Below are positions 39,832-49,464 of a stretch of DNA of 64,000 nt, piece after piece. Source of the stretch: Monocercomonoides exilis PA203 (Eukaryota; Protista; Preaxostyla). Under the pieces are notes generated by a model. It searched no databases, was not told the origin of the DNA, and saw only the letters and a program-made list of their open reading frames with translations. Location of the stretch: the NCBI GenBank assembly GCA_001643675.2, contig LSRY02000014.1, positions 1 to 64,000 on the forward strand, in the 5' to 3' direction. The position numbers were made by a program, and so were the translations under genes. The number at the start of each line of letters is the position of its first letter. The first letter of the stretch is position 1.

Positions 39832-40171
39832 TAAAGGGCAAATATTACTTTGAGAATTTTTTAACAATGAATTATGGGTAAATATTTCTTTTCTAAATTC
39901 TTTTCAAAAACTTGAAAATACAATTATAAATATTTTCGCATTCAAAAATATTTAACAAAATAAACATAAAATATTAGGCTTTTCGTGTTAAATTAAGATA
40001 GAGTGTGAACTTAAAATAGTTCGAATCATTACATATATTGACATTCAACTGATAACGAATATATACAAAAATTGAACGAAAGGGCGAGCTAAAAGCCCAG
40101 GCACCGTTTCGTAACGTATCGATATAATGATGTGTAAAAGAATCCTCTTTCTCTCTGAGTTCTATAATTAT

Positions 40172-41365
40172 TTAGCAGCCAACAATCTCTAAGCCGTGTT
40201 TCAGATCGTCAATGATCTCATCAACATTTTCCAACCCAACAGAAATGCGAATAAGATCCTTTGTCAATCCTTGTTTCTTCATCAGTTCTTCGGGGACTGA
40301 AGCATGAGTCATACTTGCGGGATGCTCAATAAGAGTATCAGTGTTTCCCAGAGAAACAGCAACGGTGCACAAATGCAAATTTTCCAAAAGCTTCTTTGCT
40401 GCATCGTATCCTCCCTTCATGCAAAATGAAAATGTTGATCCATAGCACCCTTCGCGCATTTGTTTGACTGCAACGTCATGATGAGGGAAATCCTCAAATC
40501 CTGGATACATAACTTTTGAGACTTCTGGACGAGAACGCAAAAATTCTGCGACTGCTTTGGCATTTTTGTTGTGGCGTTCCATACGAACGGGAAGAGTTCT
40601 AAGTCCACGGATAACAAGCCATGCATCAAATGGGCCAAGGATAGATCCTGTATCTTTTCTCCAATTGCGGACAGCTGTTGCAATTTCTGGAGTTTTGCAT
40701 GTGACAACTCCACCAACAACATCACCGTGTCCATTGATGTATTTTGTCAGAGAGTGTGCAACAAGATCTGCTCCATGAAGAAGGGGCTGGAAGTTATAAG
40801 GTGATGAAAATGTTGCATCAACAGCAACAAGAGCATGATGTCCATGTGCGATTTCTGAAATAGCCTCAACATCTGAAAGTTTTCCGGTTGGATTTGCTGG
40901 AGTTTCAAGGAAAACAAGCTTTGTGTTTGGCTTGAATGCAGCTTTAACGTTTTCAATCTCAGACGTGTCAACGACAGCTGTTTCAATTCCAAATTTTTCA
41001 TATCTTCCAGTAAGCATCGTTGTGCTTGGACCATACAATGTATCACCAATAATCAAATGATCTCCGGCACGAAGATGAGGAAGAGTGCAGCCCATGATTG
41101 CAGCCATTCCGCTTGAGAATGCAACAGCACCAGAGCCTTGCTCCAATACTGTCATCATCTTCTCAAATGTTTCAATTGTTGGGTTTCCGATTCTTGAATA
41201 AATGTGTCCTTTTTCTTCTCCAGCAAATAATTGTCTTCCATGTTCAGGACTATCAAACACAAATGAAGAAGTCTGAAAGATCGGATTAGCATGTGATTTC
41301 AATGGCTTGTCATGTCCATCCGCGTGCAAAACTAATGTTTCAATTGATGGTTGTTTAGCTGCCAT
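40172..41365 (-). CDS. mgl: Methionine gamma-lyase / Cys-Met metabolism PLP-dependent lyase (397 aa, intronless)
   Basis: PIFQTSSF, YSRIGNPT, FSSGMAAI, ETPANP, the PLP-lysine motif HSLTKYINGHGD, AVSLG and HPASMTH..LIRISVGLE. The second ATG gives a family-typical length. Confidence 0.9.
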   Translation of the reverse strand: MAAKQPSIETLVLHADGHDKPLKSHANPIFQTSSFVFDSPEHGRQLFAGEEKGHIYSRIGNPTIETFEKMMTVLEQGSGAVAFSSGMAAIMGCTLPHLRAGDHLIIGDTLYGPSTTMLTGRYEKFGIETAVVDTSEIENVKAAFKPNTKLVFLETPANPTGKLSDVEAISEIAHGHHALVAVDATFSSPYNFQPLLHGADLVAHSLTKYINGHGDVVGGVVTCKTPEIATAVRNWRKDTGSILGPFDAWLVIRGLRTLPVRMERHNKNAKAVAEFLRSRPEVSKVMYPGFEDFPHHDVAVKQMREGCYGSTFSFCMKGGYDAAKKLLENLHLCTVAVSLGNTDTLIEHPASMTHASVPEELMKKQGLTKDLIRISVGLENVDEIIDDLKHGLEIVGC

Positions 41366-42042
41366 ACTCGAATTATCAATATTGTTATATTGATCCAAAT
41401 TCCATATGTTACGTTTTATGCCCATAACAGATATTTTCCGATAATGCTTTTTGGAGTTCTTAATGGCTAAGTATTTGAAAGAAACAAAAGCATATTAGAA
41501 ATATGAACAAAATAATATTCAATAACCGAACTTTTGCATTTTTTATCGATTAATTTAAGCAATTGATCATAATATTTGTTAATGAAAGAAAAACAATCAA
41601 TGAAATGATGCTCATGCTTTATTTTTCTTTTAACAATGCATCGTTTTTTAATTTTCATGAAACACAATTGAAAACTTGTTATTTTTTCTATTCGTTTTTT
41701 TTTCAATTTGAAGTTTTTCGTATTCACTTGCGTCATATAAAAAATAAAAAATAAATTATTAATAACGCTTCCATTCTGAATTGAATAATTAGATTTCCTT
41801 GTTATATCACAAAGAAAAATGAAATATTGTTAGTAATTACTTAAACTGCAATATTTTCGAAAAACATCCCAATTGATGGAAATGAAACATCCCTTTTTGT
41901 TTGCAAATGAACGCTATGCATTTCAATGTTTATATAGTATATTAATATGAAAATGTTAAAATTTGAGATTTCTTGAGAAACCATATTTGTCAATATTGAT
42001 ATTTTTTTATCAACAATTCTTTATCACAGTTGATTCTATAAA

Positions 42043-45000
42043 ATGAAACATTTTAATTTTTTCATAATTTTGTCATTTTTTGTCGCTGAAAATTACAATC
42101 GCAAAGATGTTATTCTTCATGCGGCAACTTATTCACAAAAGCTCTTATTTGATATCTCTAACTCCACATTGAGATTACAAAAGCTAACTTTTTTGAGTGA
42201 AAGGAAAGAAAGCATTGCATTCTTCAAGAAAAATACATTTGTCGAACTTGTAAGTTGCATTCTCGTTCCTTCTTCATTCGGTGTAAATAGTCCATTTTTA
42301 ACTTTTGGCAGTACCTCGCAATTCTACAACTTTACAATTTTAGCATCACAAACTCAAACTGTTTGCACGCCTATTATAAGTGAACATTGCTTAAATTCTA
42401 AAGCAAGGTTTTTTACAGGAAGTACAGTGTCGTTTTTTGATTCGAATTTTTCTTCGTTAACAATTGCATCTCCATGCTCCTTGCTTTCTTGTTATGAAGT
42501 TAATTCGATCTATATATTACACTGTGAATTTAGTAATATTAGTTCTTCTTCGAATCATTATGCAAATGAAAATTCTTCTTGCAATATTTCAATGAGCAGT
42601 TGCATTTTTTCTGCTGTTGAAAATCCATTTTATCACACAATTATTGATTCACGATTTTCGGAACAATTAAGCGCTTCAAATTCATCTTTCGAACGATGTG
42701 CTATACGATATCAAAACCGCACGTACTTGACAGGAGGAACAAAGTCATTTCGGGATATCACCTTTTCATTTGACGGAGGCAGCAATCAAGGTGGAGCGCT
42801 TTGCGCAAAAGGTAGTTCAGATGTTACAATTAGTAACTGTTTGTTCGACAAATGCAAGGTTACCGGAGACCAAAATAATAATGGAAGAGGAGGTGCTTTA
42901 TTTTGCGAAAATGGAAAATGTGCTGTTTCTGACTCAAATTTTACAAATTGTACAGGGAGCTATGCAGATGGAGCCGTTTCTTTTTGGTTTGGAACGAAGC
43001 GCGTTTTCCATAAATGCCGAATTGTTAATAGTAGCGGTCCACAGCACTTTGGAGGAATGAACTTTGAACAACCTCCAGAAAATGAGTCTCAAATATCAGA
43101 ATGCGAGTATACAAATTGCTCGTGCAGCATCAATGGCGATTCTTGTAAAGGATGCGGAGGCGCCTTGGGAATAGTTAATCCACCTCCACATCTATTCATT
43201 ACTTGTTCCAAATTCCAAAACAACAGGGCTGTAAGACATGGAGGCGCAATTATGTGCTTTTTGGCTTTGCCAGCTTCTTCATTTCGATGTCGTTTTCTGT
43301 TTTTCAGTAACAATTCAGGGCAGAGTCAAGGAGGAAGTGATATTTACACAGATAAAAATTTTGCGGGAAAGCTGGACTCTTCTCAATTTGAAGCATGCTA
43401 TTCGTTTTCTATGGCACCTCGCTTTGTATACTGCAACAGCGATGGAAGTTATCCAGATGCTGCTAACAAGCCTTATTGGCTGCCGACTCCGAGTTTTCCA
43501 AACATTTACGTGAAAAATGGCGGATATAACACAAATGATTACGGCAATTCCACAGACAACAAGGAGTGCGCTGCAATTGGTTTTGCTATTGCACTATGGA
43601 CACCAATATTCAACCAGAAGATTATTGTGAATGGAGGAACTTACACTGAGGACTCACTGGACATCTCAGATAGAGTGATAGTGGCAGACTCCCAAACATC
43701 AATTCCAAAAATTATTACAAATGTTAATTCTGGCACATTTTGTCTGATCACAAACGGATCGTTTTCTGCTTCGAATTTTATTTTTGTGCACAACTCATCA
43801 GCTTCTTCAAATGCAATATTATTTTCAATAAAAAAGGCAGATGGAGTGCTTAAGTTGATCAAATGCACAGTAACAGCTGAAAACGGACAAGGCACTACCT
43901 TTTCAAAGTCGCTTTTTGCAATTAACGATGGGCATTTAATCTTCGACCAGACTACTGTCACGGCAATAAAAGCTTCGAAGCCTGTTTTATCTCTTATTTT
44001 TCCGAGGGAATTTACTACAACGCAGTCAGTGTTTTCTCAAATCAGTCGAACAAATGGAAATGGAAGTGTATTGGAAGCAACACTGGAGGCAGGACAAATA
44101 TTACATTTAGCAAATTTTTCTCTAACTGAATGCAGCTGCAGTGAAGGAAATGGAGGAGGAATGTGGGTTTATATGAAAGCTGGCTCAACTTTCAGCCTGG
44201 GAAATGCCAGTGGTTCATTTGTTTTTGATAGAGGGGCTAGCGCAAATGAGTTGATGAAATTCACATCGTGCTCTGCGAACAGTGGATCTCAGCCGAAATG
44301 TGGATGCGGAGGAGGCATTTATCTGTATTTGGAAGATGATGCAAATGATTTTGTGTTTAAGCACATGTCATTTAATGGATGTTCTGCTCAAAGAGGATCA
44401 GATATATTCATTGATGCAAACGATCTACCAGCAATTATAAGCAATGCTACTGTCGCATTTGAAACTGATTTTTCGCACATGGATGCATTATGTGGACTTG
44501 ATCGCCATCTAGTGGACAAGAGTTCATCAATTCCTTTACTATTATTTTTACTGAAACCACCTACTATGCTGTATGTCAATGACACTGGAGTTGATTATCA
44601 TATATGCGGGTTTATTGATTATCCATGTCGTACTATAAGTTATGCATGTAAAAGAAGGGCCGTTGGATATACGTCTGTTTCAGTGAGCATAACATCAACT
44701 TGCTTTTCTGAAGAGTTGATTCTTCATAATCATTCATATTACATTTATGGACATAATTTAAATGATCCTTTAATTGTTTCTTCCTCAGGAATTGGAACAG
44801 CCGGATTGATAACATCGGGCGTAGATACGACTTTATCACTTCTGAATTTTGCTCTTCCTTCTACCCTTGGAACGCATAGTTCGTTCATTGCTATTAATGA
44901 GCCAATAGATGGGTCTTCATTAATAGCAAAGGAATGCACTTTTGAAATGATTTCAGTTTCAATCAGAAGTCAATTTCCTGTTTATCTAAACTACAACCTC

Positions 45001-48000
45001 ATCGAATCAACATTTGGCAAGTTGAGCATTAAAAACTGTGATGTATCAGTGTTTGACTATGCGAAATCCCTGATCATGATTTCCTCTTCAGTTTCATCCG
45101 TAAACATTGAATCGACAAATATTGGAGATCTGTCTGGAACGAAGGAGTCTGCACTTGTGTGCGCTAAATCAACAGGCTTAAATAATGTAAACACTTTGTT
45201 TGTGTTGAACAGTACTCAACTCAGAAATGTGAATCAAAGCGTTGATTGTCCTGCCTCTATCATCAAAGATACGTTTTCTGCTTGGAACATTTTAATCGCA
45301 AACTCGACTTTTCAAACGTGTATTGCGCAGTCATCGTTGCGAGGAGGAGGATCAAGGTTGTGTTTGTCAATGGAAAGCAATCTCGAAATATCAGACACTA
45401 CATTTTCTGCTTGCATGGCATCTGCTGAAGGGCGAGGTGGCGGTCTATATCTGGAGTGCGCGGATACAACTAACCCTATACCAAATCTGCTTCAGAAGCT
45501 TCCGCTTCGGATGAGCTCTATCCGATTTATAAATAATGAAGCTAAATTCGGAAAAGATATATTTATCAACTGCTTCAATATCTCAGAGCAGATAGACAAA
45601 ACACTGTTCAATTTGGAATTTTTCCAACCTTCTCTTCAAACAGACACTGCCATCAATGCAAACGACATTTCAGAACAAGATACGAATCTTATTCCTTTTG
45701 TGGAGTCCAGCAAAGAATATTTCGTATTTCTATCGCTTTTAATTGGAAATGACAGAGAGAGCGAATGCGGAACATCAGAACTTCCGTGCCAAAGCATTAG
45801 CGTTGGAGCTACTCATATGAAGGAAGGGCCTGTTCAAGTGATGTTCGTTTTGGATGGCGCAGTAGTTGTAGCTGAGAGTACACTTAAAGACGTCACATTG
45901 AAGCCATTTGAAACGAGCTTTGCGAGCATACAGTTTATAATAAGAATTAATCTTTCATCACCCGATGCTTCTATTCTGACATTGGAGAACGAATTTGTTA
46001 TGAGAGATTTGCAATTTGTTTTAAGTGATCAGTTTGATTCTGATCACAAAGCTATTCTGAATCTACGCAGCGGTTTGTTCGACGCCAAAAATATAAATTT
46101 CATTTCGTCAAGAGCACTTTGGCTTAATCCTTCGATATTTTTCGTGACTGCTGGAGATTTTAGGTTGGTCAACTTCACAATTTCTGACGTATGGTGCGGT
46201 GATCCAATGTTCTTTTTTTCCTCCTCGGCCACAAATGTATATATTGCATCAATTAATTGTTCCAAGCTGTTTATGGCTTCTTCTTTAATTGTGATTGACG
46301 ATTGCCCGTTTAATGCTGTGGACATCAATTGCACTTCAGTACAATCATGTCAGTCTTGTGTATTTGATCTCATATCCATCAAAACTTCTGACAAGAATGT
46401 GTCCATAACAAAGTTTGAGCTGAAAAATATTTCTTTGAATTCTGGCGAAGCAATTGGCATTTCTTCGTCTTCTGCTTCTTCTCCTTCAAGCGGGTCAAAC
46501 ATCTCAATTTTTTCAGGAGTCTTTGAGTTTATCTCACGAGCAGATGAAGGACCGACTTCGATAAACGCTGTAATTCCAAAAAGGACTTGCAACATTACTA
46601 TTGGGAATTGTTCGTTCATTTATTGCATTTCAACTCCACAACCAGGCAGTATTGCAATAATTGAGAAATTTCAGCGCGCAAAGATAAATGATTGCAATTT
46701 TTATGATCTTGAAGGTAAAATGTCACCAGAGTATGCAAACGAAATCTGTAAGTGGAATGGCTCTTTTGCACACATTGCTTCCACAAATGTTGAAATACAT
46801 AAGTCTTTATTTACTTATGGATTAAATGGAGGATTGACTATGTACGGTAATGATGCATTTCTCAAAAATTGCGAGTTCAAATTTAATGGTCCAAATTTTG
46901 ATGACTTCTGGTCCGTTCGGCGAAACATCCTTTGCCAAGGATCGGGAATTTTGAGCGTCGAGAATATGATTGGAGAAAATATCACTCAAAAGAATTCTTC
47001 TCTGTGGATCTTGAACGATGGATGTGAATTGTGGGGTTTTTTAGAATACATGCCTTCTGTTTTCTTCATTCCAACTCTTTTTTCATTTGAGACAGAAAAA
47101 AATGAAAGCGAAATCAGCATTATCATAAATGGATCGATGTTGATCCCATGTAACCTTTCTTTTGAGATTTCAATATTCTCGTATTTTTTGATCAGCAGCA
47201 CTGAATACACATTTGATCCAAATGACTTCAAGAGCGAACGTGAGGTGCATGCCAGAATCCCTGAATCAGTGATTACATCAGCAAGTGAAGATGCTGAAGT
47301 GAGAATTTCCATTCTATTTGGGAATACAGAAAATAAATCATCCACCAATTATTTAGTACTGAAGAATGTTAGTACTTCCATTCCAAGCGTGCCAAAGTCG
47401 TTGAGAGATCTGTTCAGAGAACAAGGATGGAGTCTCATAGCTTTTATTGCATGTGCTTCTGTTTTGATAATAGTGATTATAATATTACTGGTTCTCATTG
47501 CAGTTTTTCGAAAAAAGTTGAAAGATGCAAAGAAAGGACAGAAATCAGTGAAGGTCAATACACAAGTGAGAGAAATGCAGAAAAGGAAAAGAGGAGAAAA
47601 CCATCCAAGCAATGAGATGAGTGAAATGCCATCTGACTCACTTGAAAGATCAACAATTATGATGCCGCTTCTCAGAGACGATGAAAGAGAGTCATCTCAA
47701 TCACTAGAAGCAGGTTCAATTTTGGGAAATGACTTGGCAAATATCGAAGAATCATCACAAGCTGAAGGAACATCAACATCAATATTACCTTCTTCTCTTT
47801 CTTTTTGTGTCATTTCAACGAAAGAACCATTCGAAGTGAAGAAGAAAAAGAATCTACAAAACTTGTTTTCGATGATGCACAATCAAAACAGCATTGTATC
47901 CGGAGCAAGGATGATGAATAGTGTTAATTGGGTGAAAGTGGCAAAAGAAGTTGCCAAATTGTTAGAGCATTTGATTTCAATTGGAGATGAAAGGGTGCAA

Positions 48001-48444
48001 ATGATGGCAGAGCAACTGTGCCCGTACACAATCTTTGTTGGGAAAGGAAATGAAAATGAAATATTCGTTCTGGCAGAGGAATTGAAGGATGAGAAGCAGA
48101 AAAATGAAATGAAGCAATGGAGGTCGCCTGAACTGAACAATGAAAATGAGGAAGATGAGGAAGATGAGGAAGATGAGGAAAGTGATAGAATTGAAAAGGA
48201 AGTTGTATATGAGCTTGGTCTAATTCTTCAAGAAATGACAACAGGCAAAGATTTTTCGAGCGAATGTTGTGCATGTGAAACGCAAGAAATGGTAAGAGAT
48301 GAAATCAGGCGGACAACTGAAGTTGTTTGTGAGGATAGTTTTGTGAGACTTATTGAAAAGATGACGACAAGTGAAAAGAATGACAGGCCTTCTTTGAAAA
48401 GAGTCATTGAAGCTCTTAAAGAAATTGAAGGGAACAGAGAATAA
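42043..48444 (+). CDS. Large type-I membrane receptor: beta-helix ectodomain, TM helix and degenerate (pseudo)kinase tail, 2133 aa
   Basis: Signal peptide; GGA[LI]/GGG[IL]Y repeats and CG..PC modules; TM LIAFIACASVLIIVIIILLVLIAVF followed by RKKLK. C-lobe kinase remnants WRSPEL, VYELGLILQEMTTG and DRPSL, with no recognisable HRD or DFG. Confidence 0.85.
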   Translation: MKHFNFFIILSFFVAENYNRKDVILHAATYSQKLLFDISNSTLRLQKLTFLSERKESIAFFKKNTFVELVSCILVPSSFGVNSPFLTFGSTSQFYNFTILASQTQTVCTPIISEHCLNSKARFFTGSTVSFFDSNFSSLTIASPCSLLSCYEVNSIYILHCEFSNISSSSNHYANENSSCNISMSSCIFSAVENPFYHTIIDSRFSEQLSASNSSFERCAIRYQNRTYLTGGTKSFRDITFSFDGGSNQGGALCAKGSSDVTISNCLFDKCKVTGDQNNNGRGGALFCENGKCAVSDSNFTNCTGSYADGAVSFWFGTKRVFHKCRIVNSSGPQHFGGMNFEQPPENESQISECEYTNCSCSINGDSCKGCGGALGIVNPPPHLFITCSKFQNNRAVRHGGAIMCFLALPASSFRCRFLFFSNNSGQSQGGSDIYTDKNFAGKLDSSQFEACYSFSMAPRFVYCNSDGSYPDAANKPYWLPTPSFPNIYVKNGGYNTNDYGNSTDNKECAAIGFAIALWTPIFNQKIIVNGGTYTEDSLDISDRVIVADSQTSIPKIITNVNSGTFCLITNGSFSASNFIFVHNSSASSNAILFSIKKADGVLKLIKCTVTAENGQGTTFSKSLFAINDGHLIFDQTTVTAIKASKPVLSLIFPREFTTTQSVFSQISRTNGNGSVLEATLEAGQILHLANFSLTECSCSEGNGGGMWVYMKAGSTFSLGNASGSFVFDRGASANELMKFTSCSANSGSQPKCGCGGGIYLYLEDDANDFVFKHMSFNGCSAQRGSDIFIDANDLPAIISNATVAFETDFSHMDALCGLDRHLVDKSSSIPLLLFLLKPPTMLYVNDTGVDYHICGFIDYPCRTISYACKRRAVGYTSVSVSITSTCFSEELILHNHSYYIYGHNLNDPLIVSSSGIGTAGLITSGVDTTLSLLNFALPSTLGTHSSFIAINEPIDGSSLIAKECTFEMISVSIRSQFPVYLNYNLIESTFGKLSIKNCDVSVFDYAKSLIMISSSVSSVNIESTNIGDLSGTKESALVCAKSTGLNNVNTLFVLNSTQLRNVNQSVDCPASIIKDTFSAWNILIANSTFQTCIAQSSLRGGGSRLCLSMESNLEISDTTFSACMASAEGRGGGLYLECADTTNPIPNLLQKLPLRMSSIRFINNEAKFGKDIFINCFNISEQIDKTLFNLEFFQPSLQTDTAINANDISEQDTNLIPFVESSKEYFVFLSLLIGNDRESECGTSELPCQSISVGATHMKEGPVQVMFVLDGAVVVAESTLKDVTLKPFETSFASIQFIIRINLSSPDASILTLENEFVMRDLQFVLSDQFDSDHKAILNLRSGLFDAKNINFISSRALWLNPSIFFVTAGDFRLVNFTISDVWCGDPMFFFSSSATNVYIASINCSKLFMASSLIVIDDCPFNAVDINCTSVQSCQSCVFDLISIKTSDKNVSITKFELKNISLNSGEAIGISSSSASSPSSGSNISIFSGVFEFISRADEGPTSINAVIPKRTCNITIGNCSFIYCISTPQPGSIAIIEKFQRAKINDCNFYDLEGKMSPEYANEICKWNGSFAHIASTNVEIHKSLFTYGLNGGLTMYGNDAFLKNCEFKFNGPNFDDFWSVRRNILCQGSGILSVENMIGENITQKNSSLWILNDGCELWGFLEYMPSVFFIPTLFSFETEKNESEISIIINGSMLIPCNLSFEISIFSYFLISSTEYTFDPNDFKSEREVHARIPESVITSASEDAEVRISILFGNTENKSSTNYLVLKNVSTSIPSVPKSLRDLFREQGWSLIAFIACASVLIIVIIILLVLIAVFRKKLKDAKKGQKSVKVNTQVREMQKRKRGENHPSNEMSEMPSDSLERSTIMMPLLRDDERESSQSLEAGSILGNDLANIEESSQAEGTSTSILPSSLSFCVISTKEPFEVKKKKNLQNLFSMMHNQNSIVSGARMMNSVNWVKVAKEVAKLLEHLISIGDERVQMMAEQLCPYTIFVGKGNENEIFVLAEELKDEKQKNEMKQWRSPELNNENEEDEEDEEDEESDRIEKEVVYELGLILQEMTTGKDFSSECCACETQEMVRDEIRRTTEVVCEDSFVRLIEKMTTSEKNDRPSLKRVIEALKEIEGNRE

Positions 48445-49464
48445 GTGGCTGCAAATCAAAATTTTTTACTTCAATGATTTTTGATGCAAACTGAAATACA
48501 ATCAATCACAATTTATAATTGAATTTTATAAGTTTTGGCAGAACGTCAATTAGATAGATTATTCGTATTTGAATCTTTTTATTTTTTAATTATTTTTGAT
48601 TTCTAATAATTGTAGCGAATCAATTAATTTCCTTTCGTTTTTTCCTTTCTTTCTTATTTTTTTAATAAGAGGAAAATATCCAAAATGTTTTATGAGTATA
48701 TTATTGTTTTGAACTTATTATTTATTTTTTAGATTTATGTTAAAATAAGAATTATTTGTTGTTTATTTTTAAAATTGCTCACTATTTGTATGTATTGTTT
48801 TTTAACATGTTCTCTTGTTCTCATTAATTATTACTTATGTTTTGGGTGAATTTGTTTTATTGTTAATTTATTTGTATGTATAATATATTATCCAATTTAT
48901 TTTTTCCATTATTTTTTAATTGCTATGTTTTATTGTTTGATTTTAATACAAAACGTTTATATATTCACGCATATGTCTATTATCATGCTTGAAAAAGCAA
49001 TCGACAATTATGTTGTAATGTTTTATTGTTTATTTTTCAAATCAATTAGTTTTTATTTATAAGTGGGGCATAATTCTTTCATTTATGAAAAAATCAACGA
49101 TTTGTTCCAAAAATTTTCTCCAACCTTAACATAAGAAGTCTTTCATTCCCACGTCAAAAAAAAAAAAAGCGGATAAATTTAAAATTTGAGAAAAATATTT
49201 GAAAGTTAAGAATGGATCAAAATTCAGAAAGCTCAAAATTTCGTCGCAAGAATCGATGAAACATAAGTTAAAAGTTCTTCTGCAAATGCACTATAAATTT
49301 TCTTTATCATAAGAATAACAATCATGATGGTATAATAAAACATTAATGAATTTTTTGTACAAAACAACAAACTTCACGAAAAATTGCATTCTCACAATTC
49401 AATCTTGAATTATTATGGTTTTTCAAAATAAAATAAAATTTCTTTGCGTTTTTCAAAGAGTGTG

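Noticed and set aside
40049-40100. CTGATAA...CGAAA-stem on the + strand as a hammerhead ribozyme
   Set aside because: The core deviates from CUGAUGA, stem II is unconvincing and the required UH cleavage site after stem III is absent.
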